Below are positions 54,304 to 63,753 of a stretch of DNA of 64,000 bases, one piece after another. Source of the stretch: an uncultured delta proteobacterium (GTDB lineage Bacteria > Myxococcota > Myxococcia > Myxococcales > Myxococcaceae); NCBI GenBank assembly GCA_963771175.1, contig CAVYSY010000026.1, positions 128,001 to 192,000 of the forward strand. The letters run 5' to 3'. Positions within the stretch are counted from its first letter, which is position 1. Every line of letters begins with the position of its first letter. The notes below the pieces were generated by a model. It was not told where the DNA came from, did not search any database, and saw only the letters and a program-made list of their open reading frames with translations. Position numbers and translations under genes: made by a program.

Positions 54304-54903
54304 GTGATGCGCATCCTCTCCCTGCTCATACTGCTGCTCGCCGCGCCGACCGCGTGCCGCACCGCCATGCCCCCCCTCGCGACCGAGGCCGCGGCGGCCA
54401 AGGAGGACTCCGACACCCGCCGCACCCTGGGCGCGGGAGACCTGGTGGACGTGCGCGTCTACCTGGAGCCGGACCACTCGGGCGTGTGGGCCGTGTCCCC
54501 CGAGGGCACCATCGACTACCCGCTGTGCGGGAAGATCCACCTGGCGGGCCGCACCTCCGGCACCGCCGCCGACGCCCTGCGCGAGTGCCTCGTCCGCTAC
54601 CTGCGCCACCCCGACGTGTCCGTGGCCATCCGCGAGTACAACTCGAAAAAGGTCTTCGTCTTCGGCGAGGTGCAGAAGCCGGGCACGTTCACCTACGTGG
54701 AGGGGATGACCATCATCGAGGCGATTACCATGGCCGGAGGCCTCACCAAGCTGGCCTCGCCCAACGGCACCACCGTGGCGAGGCAGGGAGAGGGCCAGCA
54801 GCAGAAGGTCCGCGTCCCGGTGAAGGACATCCGCGACGGCCAGGAGAAGAACTTCCCCCTCCAGCCGGGCGACATCGTCTTCGTGCCGGAGAGCTTCTTC
54901 TAG
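54304..54903 (+). CDS. Short OPX/Wza polysaccharide export lipoprotein (Poly_export plus SLBB)
   Basis: [43 protein letters not shown]; lacks a C-terminal OM helix. Confidence 0.88.
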   Translation: MMRILSLLILLLAAPTACRTAMPPLATEAAAAKEDSDTRRTLGAGDLVDVRVYLEPDHSGVWAVSPEGTIDYPLCGKIHLAGRTSGTAADALRECLVRYLRHPDVSVAIREYNSKKVFVFGEVQKPGTFTYVEGMTIIEAITMAGGLTKLASPNGTTVARQGEGQQQKVRVPVKDIRDGQEKNFPLQPGDIVFVPESFF

Positions 54904-54907
54904 GCGC

Positions 54908-55732
54908 TCAGGCGCGCGGGGCCGGGGGCGTCCAGCCGATGTCGGCGAGGAAGCCCTGGCACTCAGCGATGAGCGCGGAAGCCAGGCCCGGGGCGCAGGC
55001 GAGCACGTCCCCGTGGCCCACCTGGAAGGGGGCTCCGTCGATGCGCACCATCGTCCCGCCCGCCTCCTTCACCAGCAGCGCCCCGGCGGCCACGTCCCAG
55101 GGCTTGAGGCCGAACTCGAAGAAGCCGTCGAAGCGGCCGGCGGCCACGTAGGCCAGGTCCAGCGCGGCGCTGCCCGTGCGGCGGATGCCCTGCGCCTGGA
55201 CGATGAAGCGCCGCAGCAGCCCCACCGGGCCCTCGGGCCGCTGGTGCACGTCGTAGGGAAAGCCCGTGCACAGCAGGGCGCGCGACAGTTCCGGGGTGTC
55301 CGAGGCCCGCAGGGGCCGGCCGTTGAGCGTGGCCCCCTCGCCTCGCGCGGCGGAGAAGAGCTCGTTCAGCATCGGGTCGTAGATGGCGCCGGCGAGCAGC
55401 CCGTCCGGCCCCTCCACCCCCACGCTCACGCAGAAGTGCGGCACCCGGTGCGAGTAGTTGGTGGTGCCGTCCAGCGGATCGACGATCCACCGGAAGCCCG
55501 AGCCCTGGGAGGCCCCGCTCTCCTCGGCCAGCACCGCGTGGCCGGGGTAGCGCTGGCGGATGAAGCCGAGCACCGCCTCCTCGGCCGCGCGGTCCGCGTC
55601 GGTGACGAGGTCGATGCCGCCCTTGTACTCGATGGTGCGCTCGCCCAGGAAACGCTCGGCGAGCACCCGGCCGGCGAGCCGGGCCCCCTCCTCGGCGGTG
55701 CGGCGAAGGGTGGCGGGCGACTCATCGGACAT
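54908..55732 (-). CDS. suhB: Inositol monophosphatase family protein
   Basis: DLVTDAD, WIVDPLDGTTNY, RRTGSAALDL, WDVAAG. Confidence 0.9.
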   Translation of the reverse strand: MSDESPATLRRTAEEGARLAGRVLAERFLGERTIEYKGGIDLVTDADRAAEEAVLGFIRQRYPGHAVLAEESGASQGSGFRWIVDPLDGTTNYSHRVPHFCVSVGVEGPDGLLAGAIYDPMLNELFSAARGEGATLNGRPLRASDTPELSRALLCTGFPYDVHQRPEGPVGLLRRFIVQAQGIRRTGSAALDLAYVAAGRFDGFFEFGLKPWDVAAGALLVKEAGGTMVRIDGAPFQVGHGDVLACAPGLASALIAECQGFLADIGWTPPAPRA

Positions 55733-55749
55733 GGCGGCTCCTCCCTCTT

Positions 55750-56310
55750 CTATTTGTCGGCGGGCTCGGCGAGCAGCTGCTCGATCTGCGCCTGGTACTT
55801 GGCGAGGAACTCCTCGGCGAAGCCCTCGTGTACGTAGCGCACCACGCCCTTGCGGTCGATCAGCAGCGTGGTGGGCATGGAGCGGACCCGCAGCACCTTG
55901 TCCGCCACCTCGGCGTTGGTGTCGACGAGGATGGGCAGGCTCACCTTCGTCTCCTTGAGGAAGGGAGGAATGGCGCGGGAGTCCTCGTCCACGTTGAGGG
56001 CGTACACCTTGAGGCCGCGCGAGGCGTAGTGCTTCGCGAGGTCCTCGTAGATGGGGAGCGCGTCGCGGCAGGGCTCGCACCAGGTGGCCCACACGTCGAG
56101 CAGCACCACGTCGCCGCGGTCGCTGGCGATGGCGTGGGGCTCGCCGCCTGGGTAGCGCTTGACGGTGAACTGCAGCGGGGCGGGCGCGTCGGAGGCCAGG
56201 GCCGCCGAGGAGGCCGTCGGGAGCGCGGGGCCGGTGAGCGTCGGCATCTTCTGGGCGCAGCCGGAGAGGGCGAGCGCGGCCAGGGCGAGGTGGAGGGGGC
56301 GCATGCTCAC
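55750..56310 (-). CDS. TlpA-family thiol-disulfide reductase lipoprotein
   Basis: Lipobox LSGC; WATWCEPC; MPTTLLIDRKG. Confidence 0.88.
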   Translation of the reverse strand: MSMRPLHLALAALALSGCAQKMPTLTGPALPTASSAALASDAPAPLQFTVKRYPGGEPHAIASDRGDVVLLDVWATWCEPCRDALPIYEDLAKHYASRGLKVYALNVDEDSRAIPPFLKETKVSLPILVDTNAEVADKVLRVRSMPTTLLIDRKGVVRYVHEGFAEEFLAKYQAQIEQLLAEPADK

Positions 56311-57773
56311 TTCTCTCCCATGCGGGCGCGCAGCGCGACGAGCAGTTTGTCGATGAAGCCGCCGAAGGCGCCGTTGCTCATGACGAGCAGCACGTCCCCG
56401 GGCTGGGCCTCGCGCGCGGTGCGCTCGACGAGCGTGGGCACGTCCGAGGCGTAGTCCGCGGCGATGCCCTGCTTCTTCAGCTCCTCGGTCACGCGAGGCA
56501 CGTCCAGCTCCTCGTTGGTGGGCACCTTGTCATGGTGCTCGGGCACCTTGAGGCTGGCCCTCGAGGCACCGGTGAAGGAGTGCGCGTAGTCCTCCTGGTG
56601 GATGTTGCGACGGCTCGTGTTGGAGCGGGGCTCGAAGATGGCCCACAGCCGGCGATCCGCGTAGCGGTGGCGGATGGCGGCGATCGTCTCGCGCACGGCC
56701 GTGGGGTGGTGCGCGAAGTCGTCCACCACGAGGATGCCGCCGACCTCCGCGCGCACCTCCTGGCGGCGCTTCACCCCCTGGAAGGTGGCGAGCCCCTTGG
56801 CGATCTCCTCGAAGGAGAGACCCAGGCCGCGCGCCGCGCCAATGACGCCGAGCGTGTTCTCCACGTTGTGCAGGCCGGAGAGCGGCAGCAGCACGGTGCC
56901 GAGCACGGTGCCACGCTCGAGCACCTCGAAGCGGGCGCCCTCGGGGCCGAAGCGCACGTTGCGCGGGGTGTAGTCGGCCTCGGCGCCCTCCTTGGCCACG
57001 TAGGTGACGACCTGACCGGGGCAGGCCTTCGCCAGTTGCACGGCGTTGGGGTACGCGGCGCACACCACGAGCCGGCCGTCCCGCGGAATCAACCGGACGA
57101 ACTTGTCGAAGGTGGACTCGTAGTGCGGCAGGTCCCGGAAGATGTCCGCGTGGTCGAACTCCACGCTGGTGAGGATGGCCGTCTTCGGCCGGTAGTGGAG
57201 GAACTTGGAGCCCTTGTCCCAGTAGGCCGTGTCGTACTCGTCGCCCTCGACGACGAAGTGCGGGCCCTTCCCCACCCGGTAGTTGCCCGAGTAGTTCTGC
57301 GTCACACCGCCCACGAGGAAGGACGGATCCCTCCCCGCCTCCACGAGGACGTGGGCCATCAGCGAGGACGTGGTCGTCTTCCCGTGGGTGCCCGCCACCA
57401 CGACGGAGTGCGAGCGGTCCAGGAAGAGCGAGCCCAGCGCGGCCGGGAAGCTCATCTGGGGAATGCGGCGCTCGCGGACGGCGGTGGCCTCGGGGTTCAC
57501 CCGGCGGATGACGTTGCCGATGATGACGAGGTCCGGCTTCGCCACATCGAGGTTCCCCGGGCTGTAGGGGGTGAGCGCTTGAATCCCCCAGTTGCGGAGC
57601 ATGTCGCTCATGGGCGGGTAGACGTTCTCGTCACTGCCGGTGACTTCGTAGCCGGCGGCCTTGAGCATGCCCGCGAACGAGCCCATGCCCGTACCGGCCA
57701 CGCCGACGAGGTGGATGCGGCGCACCGCGCCGGGGGTGATGGTTTCGAGGACGTTGCCGTTGTCGTCAGCCAT
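56307..57773 (-). CDS. mpl: UDP-MurNAc:L-Ala-gamma-D-Glu-mDAP ligase
   Basis: GVAGTGMG, SDENVYPPMS, GTHGKTTT, EGDEYDTA..DK.SKF.HY, DDFAHHPTA, EPRSNT, MSNGAFGG. Confidence 0.93.
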   Translation of the reverse strand: MADDNGNVLETITPGAVRRIHLVGVAGTGMGSFAGMLKAAGYEVTGSDENVYPPMSDMLRNWGIQALTPYSPGNLDVAKPDLVIIGNVIRRVNPEATAVRERRIPQMSFPAALGSLFLDRSHSVVVAGTHGKTTTSSLMAHVLVEAGRDPSFLVGGVTQNYSGNYRVGKGPHFVVEGDEYDTAYWDKGSKFLHYRPKTAILTSVEFDHADIFRDLPHYESTFDKFVRLIPRDGRLVVCAAYPNAVQLAKACPGQVVTYVAKEGAEADYTPRNVRFGPEGARFEVLERGTVLGTVLLPLSGLHNVENTLGVIGAARGLGLSFEEIAKGLATFQGVKRRQEVRAEVGGILVVDDFAHHPTAVRETIAAIRHRYADRRLWAIFEPRSNTSRRNIHQEDYAHSFTGASRASLKVPEHHDKVPTNEELDVPRVTEELKKQGIAADYASDVPTLVERTAREAQPGDVLLVMSNGAFGGFIDKLLVALRARMGEK

Positions 57774-58941
57774 TTGCTTTCGGGGTGAGGTCATGGAGGC
57801 CAAGGGCCTGCACGACGAGGTCGTGGAAGACGGGGCGGAAATCGCGGATGCGCACTTCCTGGCGGCCGAGCGCCACGCGATTGGTGACGAGCGCCACCAC
57901 CAGGGAGCGGCGCAGGTCCACCCAGAGGCTCGTGCCGGTGAAGCCGAGGTGGCCCACCGCGCCCGGAGGGGTGTCGCCGATGAAGTGGCCCGCGCTGGAC
58001 AGGCGCTCGGAGGGCGAGTCGAAGCCCATGGAGCGGGTGCTGCCCTCCAAGAGGGGATCGCTCGCCAGCGCGCGGTACCAGAGGGGACCGGGGGCGAGGG
58101 CCGCGTCTCCCGCGCACCCCGCGAGGATGGCCTGGCCAAAGCGGGCCACGTCCACCGCGGTGCCGAAGAGGCCGGCGTGGCCGCTGACGCCATCCATCAC
58201 CCAGGCGTTGTCATCATCCACCTCGCCGGGCACGGAGGGATGGGAGGGAAGCTCGCCCCACATCTTCTCCTGGCCGGGAGCGGGCTCGCGGGGACGGGTG
58301 GCCCCGGTGGGCGCGACCTGGCCGTCGGTGGGGAAATCGGTGAGGCGGTGGAAGCGCGCGGAGAGGCCGAGCGGCTCGGCGACATGGCGCGAGAAGAGGA
58401 CGTCCAGGGGCGCACCACCCGCGCGGGCGAGGATCTCCCCCAAGAGGATGAAGCCCACGTCGCTGTAGGCGGTGCAGGTGCGCAGCGGGGCCACGAGCGG
58501 GGTGCGCGCGGCGGCCTGGATGACCTCGTCCCGAACGCGGGCGCGGGTGGCCGAGGGACAGGCCGGGTCGAGGAGCTCGGGGGTGGAGGTGAGCGCCTCG
58601 GCGAAGAAGGGCACGAAGGGCGGCAGACCCGAGCGGTGGTAGAGCAGGTCCGCCACCGTGGCCCCCGCCTCCCCCACGGGCGAGCCCGGGAAGAAGCGGG
58701 CCACCGGGGTCTCGGGCCCCACCTTCCCCTCGGTCCAGAAGCGCAGGAAGAGCGAGGTGGTGCAGAGCACCTTGGTGACGGAGGCCAGGTCGAAGCGGGT
58801 GTCGCCGGTGACGTTGCCGGCCACGCCGCCGAAGACCTGGGCGCCCCGGTGCAGCACCACGGCCTGCGCTGCCGGGAAGATGCCGAGCGTGATGGCCTCC
58901 TCCAGCGCACTCTGGAGATCGGCGATGGGGTGACTGCTCAT
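57766..58941 (-). CDS. Serine hydrolase, beta-lactamase class C/AmpH-like
   Basis: FDLASVTK (SxxK), LL.H.SGL, YSD.GF, GHAGLF, HLGFTGT. Confidence 0.88.
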   Translation of the reverse strand: MSSHPIADLQSALEEAITLGIFPAAQAVVLHRGAQVFGGVAGNVTGDTRFDLASVTKVLCTTSLFLRFWTEGKVGPETPVARFFPGSPVGEAGATVADLLYHRSGLPPFVPFFAEALTSTPELLDPACPSATRARVRDEVIQAAARTPLVAPLRTCTAYSDVGFILLGEILARAGGAPLDVLFSRHVAEPLGLSARFHRLTDFPTDGQVAPTGATRPREPAPGQEKMWGELPSHPSVPGEVDDDNAWVMDGVSGHAGLFGTAVDVARFGQAILAGCAGDAALAPGPLWYRALASDPLLEGSTRSMGFDSPSERLSSAGHFIGDTPPGAVGHLGFTGTSLWVDLRRSLVVALVTNRVALGRQEVRIRDFRPVFHDLVVQALGLHDLTPKANG

Positions 58942-59849
58942 GCCTGCACCGCTCCTTCCAGGAAGGTGAGGCGGGCGGCGCTGGCATCCAACCTCACGTG
59001 AGTGCCGAGGGCGATGGGGTAGTTGGGCGTGTCGTGGCCGACCGGGAAGCCAGCGGCACACGGGAGGCCCGTCTCCTCGGCGAGCGAGCGCAGGACATCG
59101 GCGCTGCCGTAGGGAGCGTCCTTCACCTCGCAGTCGGTGAAGTCACCGAGCACGAGGCCGCGCACGCGCTCGAACACGCCGGCGAGCTTCAGGTGGGTCC
59201 ACATGCGGTCGAGCCGGTAGGGGCGCTCGCCCACGTCCTCGAGGAAGAGGACGGCGCCGTCGAGCGGCGGCATGTAGGGAGTGCCCAGCAGCCGGGAGAA
59301 GACGGAGAGGTTGCCACCGAGGAGCCGTCCCTCGACGACGCCGGGGACGTAGGTGGCCTTGCCCTGGAGGGGCGGAGGGGCCTCGGGGGACTCCAGAAGT
59401 CGGAAGAGGTACTCCTGGACCTCGGGAGGCTGCTTGCCCAGGTGGGTGATGACGGGCCCGTGAATGGTGACGCGACCGAGCCCCTGGAGCGGCAGGTGGA
59501 TGGCGGTGAGGTCGGAGAAGCCGACGAGCGCCGTGGGAACCATGTCCGCGAGCGGGAGGGACGGGAGGAGGCGCATGCTCCCGTAGCCACCGCGGGCGCA
59601 GAAGACGGCGCGGGCGCCCCGGTCGGTGATGGCGTGGGCGAGCTCCTCGGCACGACGGGCATCGGTGCCGGCGAGGTAGCGCCAGCTCTCGTAGAGGTCG
59701 GGCCGGAAGACGGGCGAGTAGCGCTGACCGAGGACGTTGAGACCGACCTCGAAGCTGGGGCGGTCGAAAGGGCCGGCGGGAGCGACGACGTGGACGGTGT
59801 CGCGAGGACGCAGCGGAAGGGGCTTGAGCCAACGCACGGGCGCCTTCAT
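58938..59849 (-). CDS. ldcA: LD-carboxypeptidase (peptidase S66)
   Basis: YLAGTD..RA, ARGGYG, GFSDLT, GGNL, LEDVGE..YRLDRM, GH. Confidence 0.9.
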   Translation of the reverse strand: MKAPVRWLKPLPLRPRDTVHVVAPAGPFDRPSFEVGLNVLGQRYSPVFRPDLYESWRYLAGTDARRAEELAHAITDRGARAVFCARGGYGSMRLLPSLPLADMVPTALVGFSDLTAIHLPLQGLGRVTIHGPVITHLGKQPPEVQEYLFRLLESPEAPPPLQGKATYVPGVVEGRLLGGNLSVFSRLLGTPYMPPLDGAVLFLEDVGERPYRLDRMWTHLKLAGVFERVRGLVLGDFTDCEVKDAPYGSADVLRSLAEETGLPCAAGFPVGHDTPNYPIALGTHVRLDASAARLTFLEGAVQA

Positions 59850-59952
59850 AGCACCGGGGGAGCAGGTGTCCCCGTGCTTCGAACACCTCATGTCTGGGTG
59901 ACAACCTCCCCCCTCCCCCCGGAGGAAGGCCAGGGTGAGGTTGTCTGGTCCC

Positions 59953-61215
59953 CTACCCACCCGTGCGTTCGAGCACGGCGGCGAAGAACCCATCGGTCCC
60001 GTGCAGGTGCGGCGCGCAGAACAGGAAGCCCTCCCGGATGCACGAGGGGTCCAACCACCCCGCCCCGGGGGCGACCGTCCGGAACTCGGGGGCCGAGCGC
60101 AGGAACTCCGAGACGACCTCCTCGTTCTCGGCACGATTCACGGTGCAGGTCGCGTAGACGAGCCGCCCCCCGGGACGCACGAGTGGGCGCGCGCGAGCGA
60201 GGATGTCGAGCTGGACCCGAGGCAGCTCGGAGAGCTTGGCGGGGTCGATGCGGAACCGCAGGTCGGGCCCGCGACGCAGGGAGCCCAGCTCCGAGCACGG
60301 GGCGTCCACGAGCACCCGGTCGGCGAGCACGCCCTCTGGAGGCGCCCGGAGCACCTGGACATTCGAGACCCCCGCGCGAGAGCACCGCTGCAGGAGCCGG
60401 TCGAGCCGCTCGGCATCCGGGTCGTACGCGAGGAGCCGCCCCCGGTTCTCCAGGGCGGCGCCGAGCTGGAGCGTCTTGCCCCCGGCCCCGGCGCACAGGT
60501 CGAGCACGGTCTCCCCGGGCCGGGCCTCGACGAGGAGCCCGAGGAGCTGACTGCCCTCGTCCTGCACCTCGAAGAGACCCTCCCGCAGCGAGGCGAGCCC
60601 ATACAGATTGGGCCTGGGGCCCACGACATGGAGCGCGAGGGGGCTGAGCACCCCAGGCCGGGTCTCGACGCCCTCGGCGCGCAACCGCTCCGCCAGGGCT
60701 TCACGGGTCGTGCGGAGCCGGTTCACCCGGAGCGTGATGGGACCGGGGACGTTGAGGTGGGCGCAGAAGTCCTCGGCGGAGGGGCCGAGCTCGCGGGTGA
60801 AGTGCTCGGCGAGCCAGTCAGGCAGGGAGTAACGGAGACCGAGCGACGGAGGCTCCCCGGCGACGAGGGCCAGCGGCGCCCCGATGCCCGCGAGCCGGGC
60901 GGCCTCCTCGGCCGGGAGGCCTACGAGCCGATGGAGGAAGGCGAAGAGCAGCGCGGGAGCGGGAGCGTCGGGGTTGCCCAGATGGAACCCGAGCCGGCGA
61001 CGCCAGAGACCGACGTTGAAGACGGCCTCGGCGAGAACCTGGCGCTGCTCGCGGGAAAGTTGCCGGTGCGCACGCAGGGTTCGGTCCAGCACGCGCTCCG
61101 CGGAGCCGCCCCCAGAGAGGACGTGCGAGAGGGCCTCGGCGACGATGGGAGCAATCCCTTCGAGCGCCGGCCAGGGAACCGGGCGAAGTCGTGAGAGCGG
61201 GTCAAAACGGGATGT
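59953..61215 (-). CDS. RsmB/NOP2-family RNA m5C methyltransferase, frameshift near 61110 (start approximate)
   Basis: LRVNRL, EVQDEGSQ, DLCAGAGGKT, LVDAPCS..G..RR.PD, YATCT..ENE, DGFF; N-terminal extension lies in another frame. Confidence 0.85.
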   Translation of the reverse strand, partial: TSRFDPLSRLRPVPWPALEGIAPIVAEALSHVLSGGGSAERVLDRTLRAHRQLSREQRQVLAEAVFNVGLWRRRLGFHLGNPDAPAPALLFAFLHRLVGLPAEEAARLAGIGAPLALVAGEPPSLGLRYSLPDWLAEHFTRELGPSAEDFCAHLNVPGPITLRVNRLRTTREALAERLRAEGVETRPGVLSPLALHVVGPRPNLYGLASLREGLFEVQDEGSQLLGLLVEARPGETVLDLCAGAGGKTLQLGAALENRGRLLAYDPDAERLDRLLQRCSRAGVSNVQVLRAPPEGVLADRVLVDAPCSELGSLRRGPDLRFRIDPAKLSELPRVQLDILARARPLVRPGGRLVYATCTVNRAENEEVVSEFLRSAPEFRTVAPGAGWLDPSCIREGFLFCAPHLHGTDGFFAAVLERTGG

Positions 61216-61243
61216 TGACAGGACGGACTCCGTTCTTTAGAAA
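61215..61243 (+). promoter_or_regulatory. sigma70-type promoter of tRNA-Asn
   Basis: TTGACA-N17-TAGAAA. Confidence 0.55.
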
Positions 61244-61294
61244 GCACCTCGTTGTCGCGGCGGTTCACCAACGGCCGACGCGCAGCGGACATAT

Positions 61295-61367
61295 TCCCCG
61301 ATAGCTCAGCCGGTAGAGCGGGTGACTGTTAATCACTAGGTCCGAGGTTCGAGTCCTCGTCGGGGAG
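61295..61367 (+). tRNA. tRNA-Asn(GTT), probable integration site
   Basis: TCCCCGA acceptor, anticodon arm GGTGA-CTGTTAA-TCACT, GGTTCGAGTCC. Confidence 0.96.
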
Positions 61368-61387
61368 CAAGATTCACCAGTAATTTC

Positions 61388-61420
61388 AGGGCCTTGGACG
61401 AAAGTTCAAGGCCCTTTTCA
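61388..61420 (+). terminator. Hairpin/terminator after tRNA-Asn
   Basis: AGGGCCTTG..GAAA..CAAGGCCCT followed by TTT. Confidence 0.6.
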
Positions 61421-61493
61421 TTTGCCCTCCCCTGCCCGTGGGCAAAATACGGGCAACCCCCCGGACGTTCTCCCCAATGGAGGGCGCGGGCGC

Positions 61494-62546
61494 ATGGGTG
61501 AGAGCACGGGCAAGAGCCAGGACTACGCGGAGACGTGGGAAGGCGGGTTCATCCGCCACGACTCGAAGGGTCGCAAGGTCTACGTCATCCGCCGGATGAT
61601 CAACGGGCGAAGCTACAAGGTCAGCACGCGGGCGACCACGCTCCGGGCGGCCATGGAGCAGCTCAAGCGGTTCGAGGCTGATCCGGAGCACTACAACCCG
61701 GCGGGCTCGCTCCACGAGCAGCCCATCTACCTGGACGCGCCGCTCGCGGCTGAGTTCCTCGCCTACTCGCGCGACGTGGACAAGAACAGCCCCACCTGGG
61801 TGACGAAGCAGCAGGGCTATCTCGCGTGGTGGGCCGACCAGCTCAAGGGTCGGGACCTGCGGAAGGCCACGCTCCTCGATGACATCCTCCCCGCCCTGGA
61901 GGGAGCAAAGGCCCGGGGTCATCGAATCGCGGTCCTCAAGCGCGTCTACTCCTGGCTGCGCAAGGTGAAGCACGTCCTCTCGGTGGCCGAGGATCCGACC
62001 TTCGGACGGCTCACCGTGCCCCAGGCTCGGCCCGAGCAGTGGAAGCGGATCAAGGTCATTCCCCGGGAGCACTACCTGCTCGCCCACGAACACCTTGCGC
62101 CTCACTGGCGCGACGGGATGGACGTGCAGGCGGGCACCGGCTGGCACGTCTCGGAGCTGGTGCGCTTCGCCAGGATGGGCAGCGTGGAGCCGTACCGGGG
62201 CGAGGCCGAGGGGATCGCGGGCGTGCTGGTGTGCCCGCAGACCAAGAGCGGCGAGCCCTTGCGCACCGCCGTGTCCGCCGAGGTGCTGGAGGCCGGAAAG
62301 CGGCTGCTGGAGCGCGGCTCGTTCAGCTCCGAGAAGTACGGTCTCGCCATCAAGGGAGCCTGCAACGCGGCGGGCATCCCGCCCTTCACCCCGGGACGGT
62401 TCCGGCACTCCGTCGCCACCTGGGCCATCGAGAAGGGAGCGGACCCGGCATCGGTGGCGGCCTTCTTCAATCACAAGAGCCCGGCTACCACGCGAAGCTT
62501 CTACGCGACGCACGCGGTCCCGGCGAAGATTCCTACGTTACGGTGA
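61494..62546 (+). CDS. Tyrosine recombinase/integrase with divergent catalytic motifs
   Basis: GGAGGG Shine-Dalgarno; arm-binding-like N-terminus; GTGWHVSEL, TKSG, TPGRFRHS.ATWA, NH....T..FY; immediately downstream of a tRNA. Confidence 0.85.
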   Translation: MGESTGKSQDYAETWEGGFIRHDSKGRKVYVIRRMINGRSYKVSTRATTLRAAMEQLKRFEADPEHYNPAGSLHEQPIYLDAPLAAEFLAYSRDVDKNSPTWVTKQQGYLAWWADQLKGRDLRKATLLDDILPALEGAKARGHRIAVLKRVYSWLRKVKHVLSVAEDPTFGRLTVPQARPEQWKRIKVIPREHYLLAHEHLAPHWRDGMDVQAGTGWHVSELVRFARMGSVEPYRGEAEGIAGVLVCPQTKSGEPLRTAVSAEVLEAGKRLLERGSFSSEKYGLAIKGACNAAGIPPFTPGRFRHSVATWAIEKGADPASVAAFFNHKSPATTRSFYATHAVPAKIPTLR

Positions 62547-62607
62547 AACTCGGCCCCGGCATCCCCACCAGTCATGGGGACACCGGGGGCCGGAGAACGA
62601 GTGCTTA

Positions 62608-63042
62608 CTAGCGGGCACGGCGAGCAGCGGTCCTCCGCTTCCTCGTAGAGGAGGTGCCCTGGCTGTCCACTACCTCGTGAGAGGCAGGCGGGCTCAGGCG
62701 CGCCGGGACAGGCCTGGGCCTAGGCTTGGGCTTGGACGTCGAGGACTTCAGCAACGCCGTCACACCGAGACCGAGGAGCACGCCAAGGCCGACGTGGACA
62801 AGCGCGTTGCCAGTGCCCACGACCTTCTGCTGCTCGAAGCCACAACCGTTGCAGCGCATGTAGTCCAGCTCCACGTGAACGTGGTTCACGTTGTCCCCGC
62901 CGCAATGCGGACACACGGGAGGCGCGACGATGTGCTCCGGGAGCGTGTCGAGCCCACGTCGAGCAAGCTCGTTCTGCGCCTTCACCGCGTTCTCGTACGC
63001 CCACTCCGGCACCTTCACCGTCTTGTACTTCATCTTCACCAT
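62608..63042 (-). CDS. Hypothetical protein: RHH-like N-terminus, Zn ribbon, TM helix, basic tail
   Basis: AAGGAG Shine-Dalgarno; KTVKVPEWAYE; CPHC..CNGC; VGLGVLLGLGVTALL. Confidence 0.7.
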   Translation of the reverse strand: MVKMKYKTVKVPEWAYENAVKAQNELARRGLDTLPEHIVAPPVCPHCGGDNVNHVHVELDYMRCNGCGFEQQKVVGTGNALVHVGLGVLLGLGVTALLKSSTSKPKPRPRPVPARLSPPASHEVVDSQGTSSTRKRRTAARRAR

Positions 63043-63063
63043 GGTGCTTCTCCTTTCCACCTC

Positions 63064-63091
63064 ATTCTACCTTTGACTACCTGGGTGTCAA
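63064..63091 (-). promoter_or_regulatory. Near-consensus sigma70 promoter overlapped by a TTGAC-N9-GTCAA palindrome
   Basis: Minus strand TTGACA-N16-TAGAAT. Confidence 0.65.
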
Positions 63092-63235
63092 GGGAGCGGG
63101 CAATCGCCTGTAGGCGTGGGCTCAGGCTGTATGCTGCTGGACCCGTAGCGGCAGCGTGGCCATGCATTGCGCTCGTGGCGAGCGCGGCCTGTCCAGCGCA
63201 CGCCGCTCACCGCCAACGAGCAACGAGGAGACGCA

Positions 63236-63718
63236 ATGGGCAAGAAGCAGCTTGAGGCGACGACGACGTGGAAGTGCGATGCCTGTGGCCAAAAGATCAA
63301 GAGCAAGAAGGACGGCTGGGTCGAGTGGCTGCACTTCTTCCCGGGGACCGGCTCAGGCCCAAAAGGGCGCGGCCTCCGCCTCGTGCATAACGGTGGGACG
63401 AGCCCCCGTGGGCGCTCGGGTTGCCAGTACGGACGGAACCCTAAAGAGCTGGTGAAGGATCTCGACCTCGAATCTTTCCTGGGTGCTGATGGGCTCATGC
63501 AGCTTCTTGCACTCATCTACGACCAGGAGGTGCCCACCGAGGAGGTGCTGGAGATGATCAAGCGCCTGCACATCCCGGGTTATGAGGAAGCGCGTCTCCA
63601 CTTCAAGAGCGCCATGGCAGCGGGCGAATACGAACCGAACACCGCACCTGGATTCCCGTTCCAGGACCAGATTGCTGGGGTTCTGGAGTTCGCGCGACGC
63701 CGCCAGTCGGATGAGTAA
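63236..63718 (+). CDS. Hypothetical protein with CxxC..H..C putative Zn site
   Basis: GAGGAG Shine-Dalgarno; WKCDACG..GWVEW..LVH..C; atypical codon usage. Confidence 0.7.
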   Translation: MGKKQLEATTTWKCDACGQKIKSKKDGWVEWLHFFPGTGSGPKGRGLRLVHNGGTSPRGRSGCQYGRNPKELVKDLDLESFLGADGLMQLLALIYDQEVPTEEVLEMIKRLHIPGYEEARLHFKSAMAAGEYEPNTAPGFPFQDQIAGVLEFARRRQSDE

Positions 63719-63753
63719 ATACCCGCTCACGGGAAGGCGAGACGGCTCCCTCC

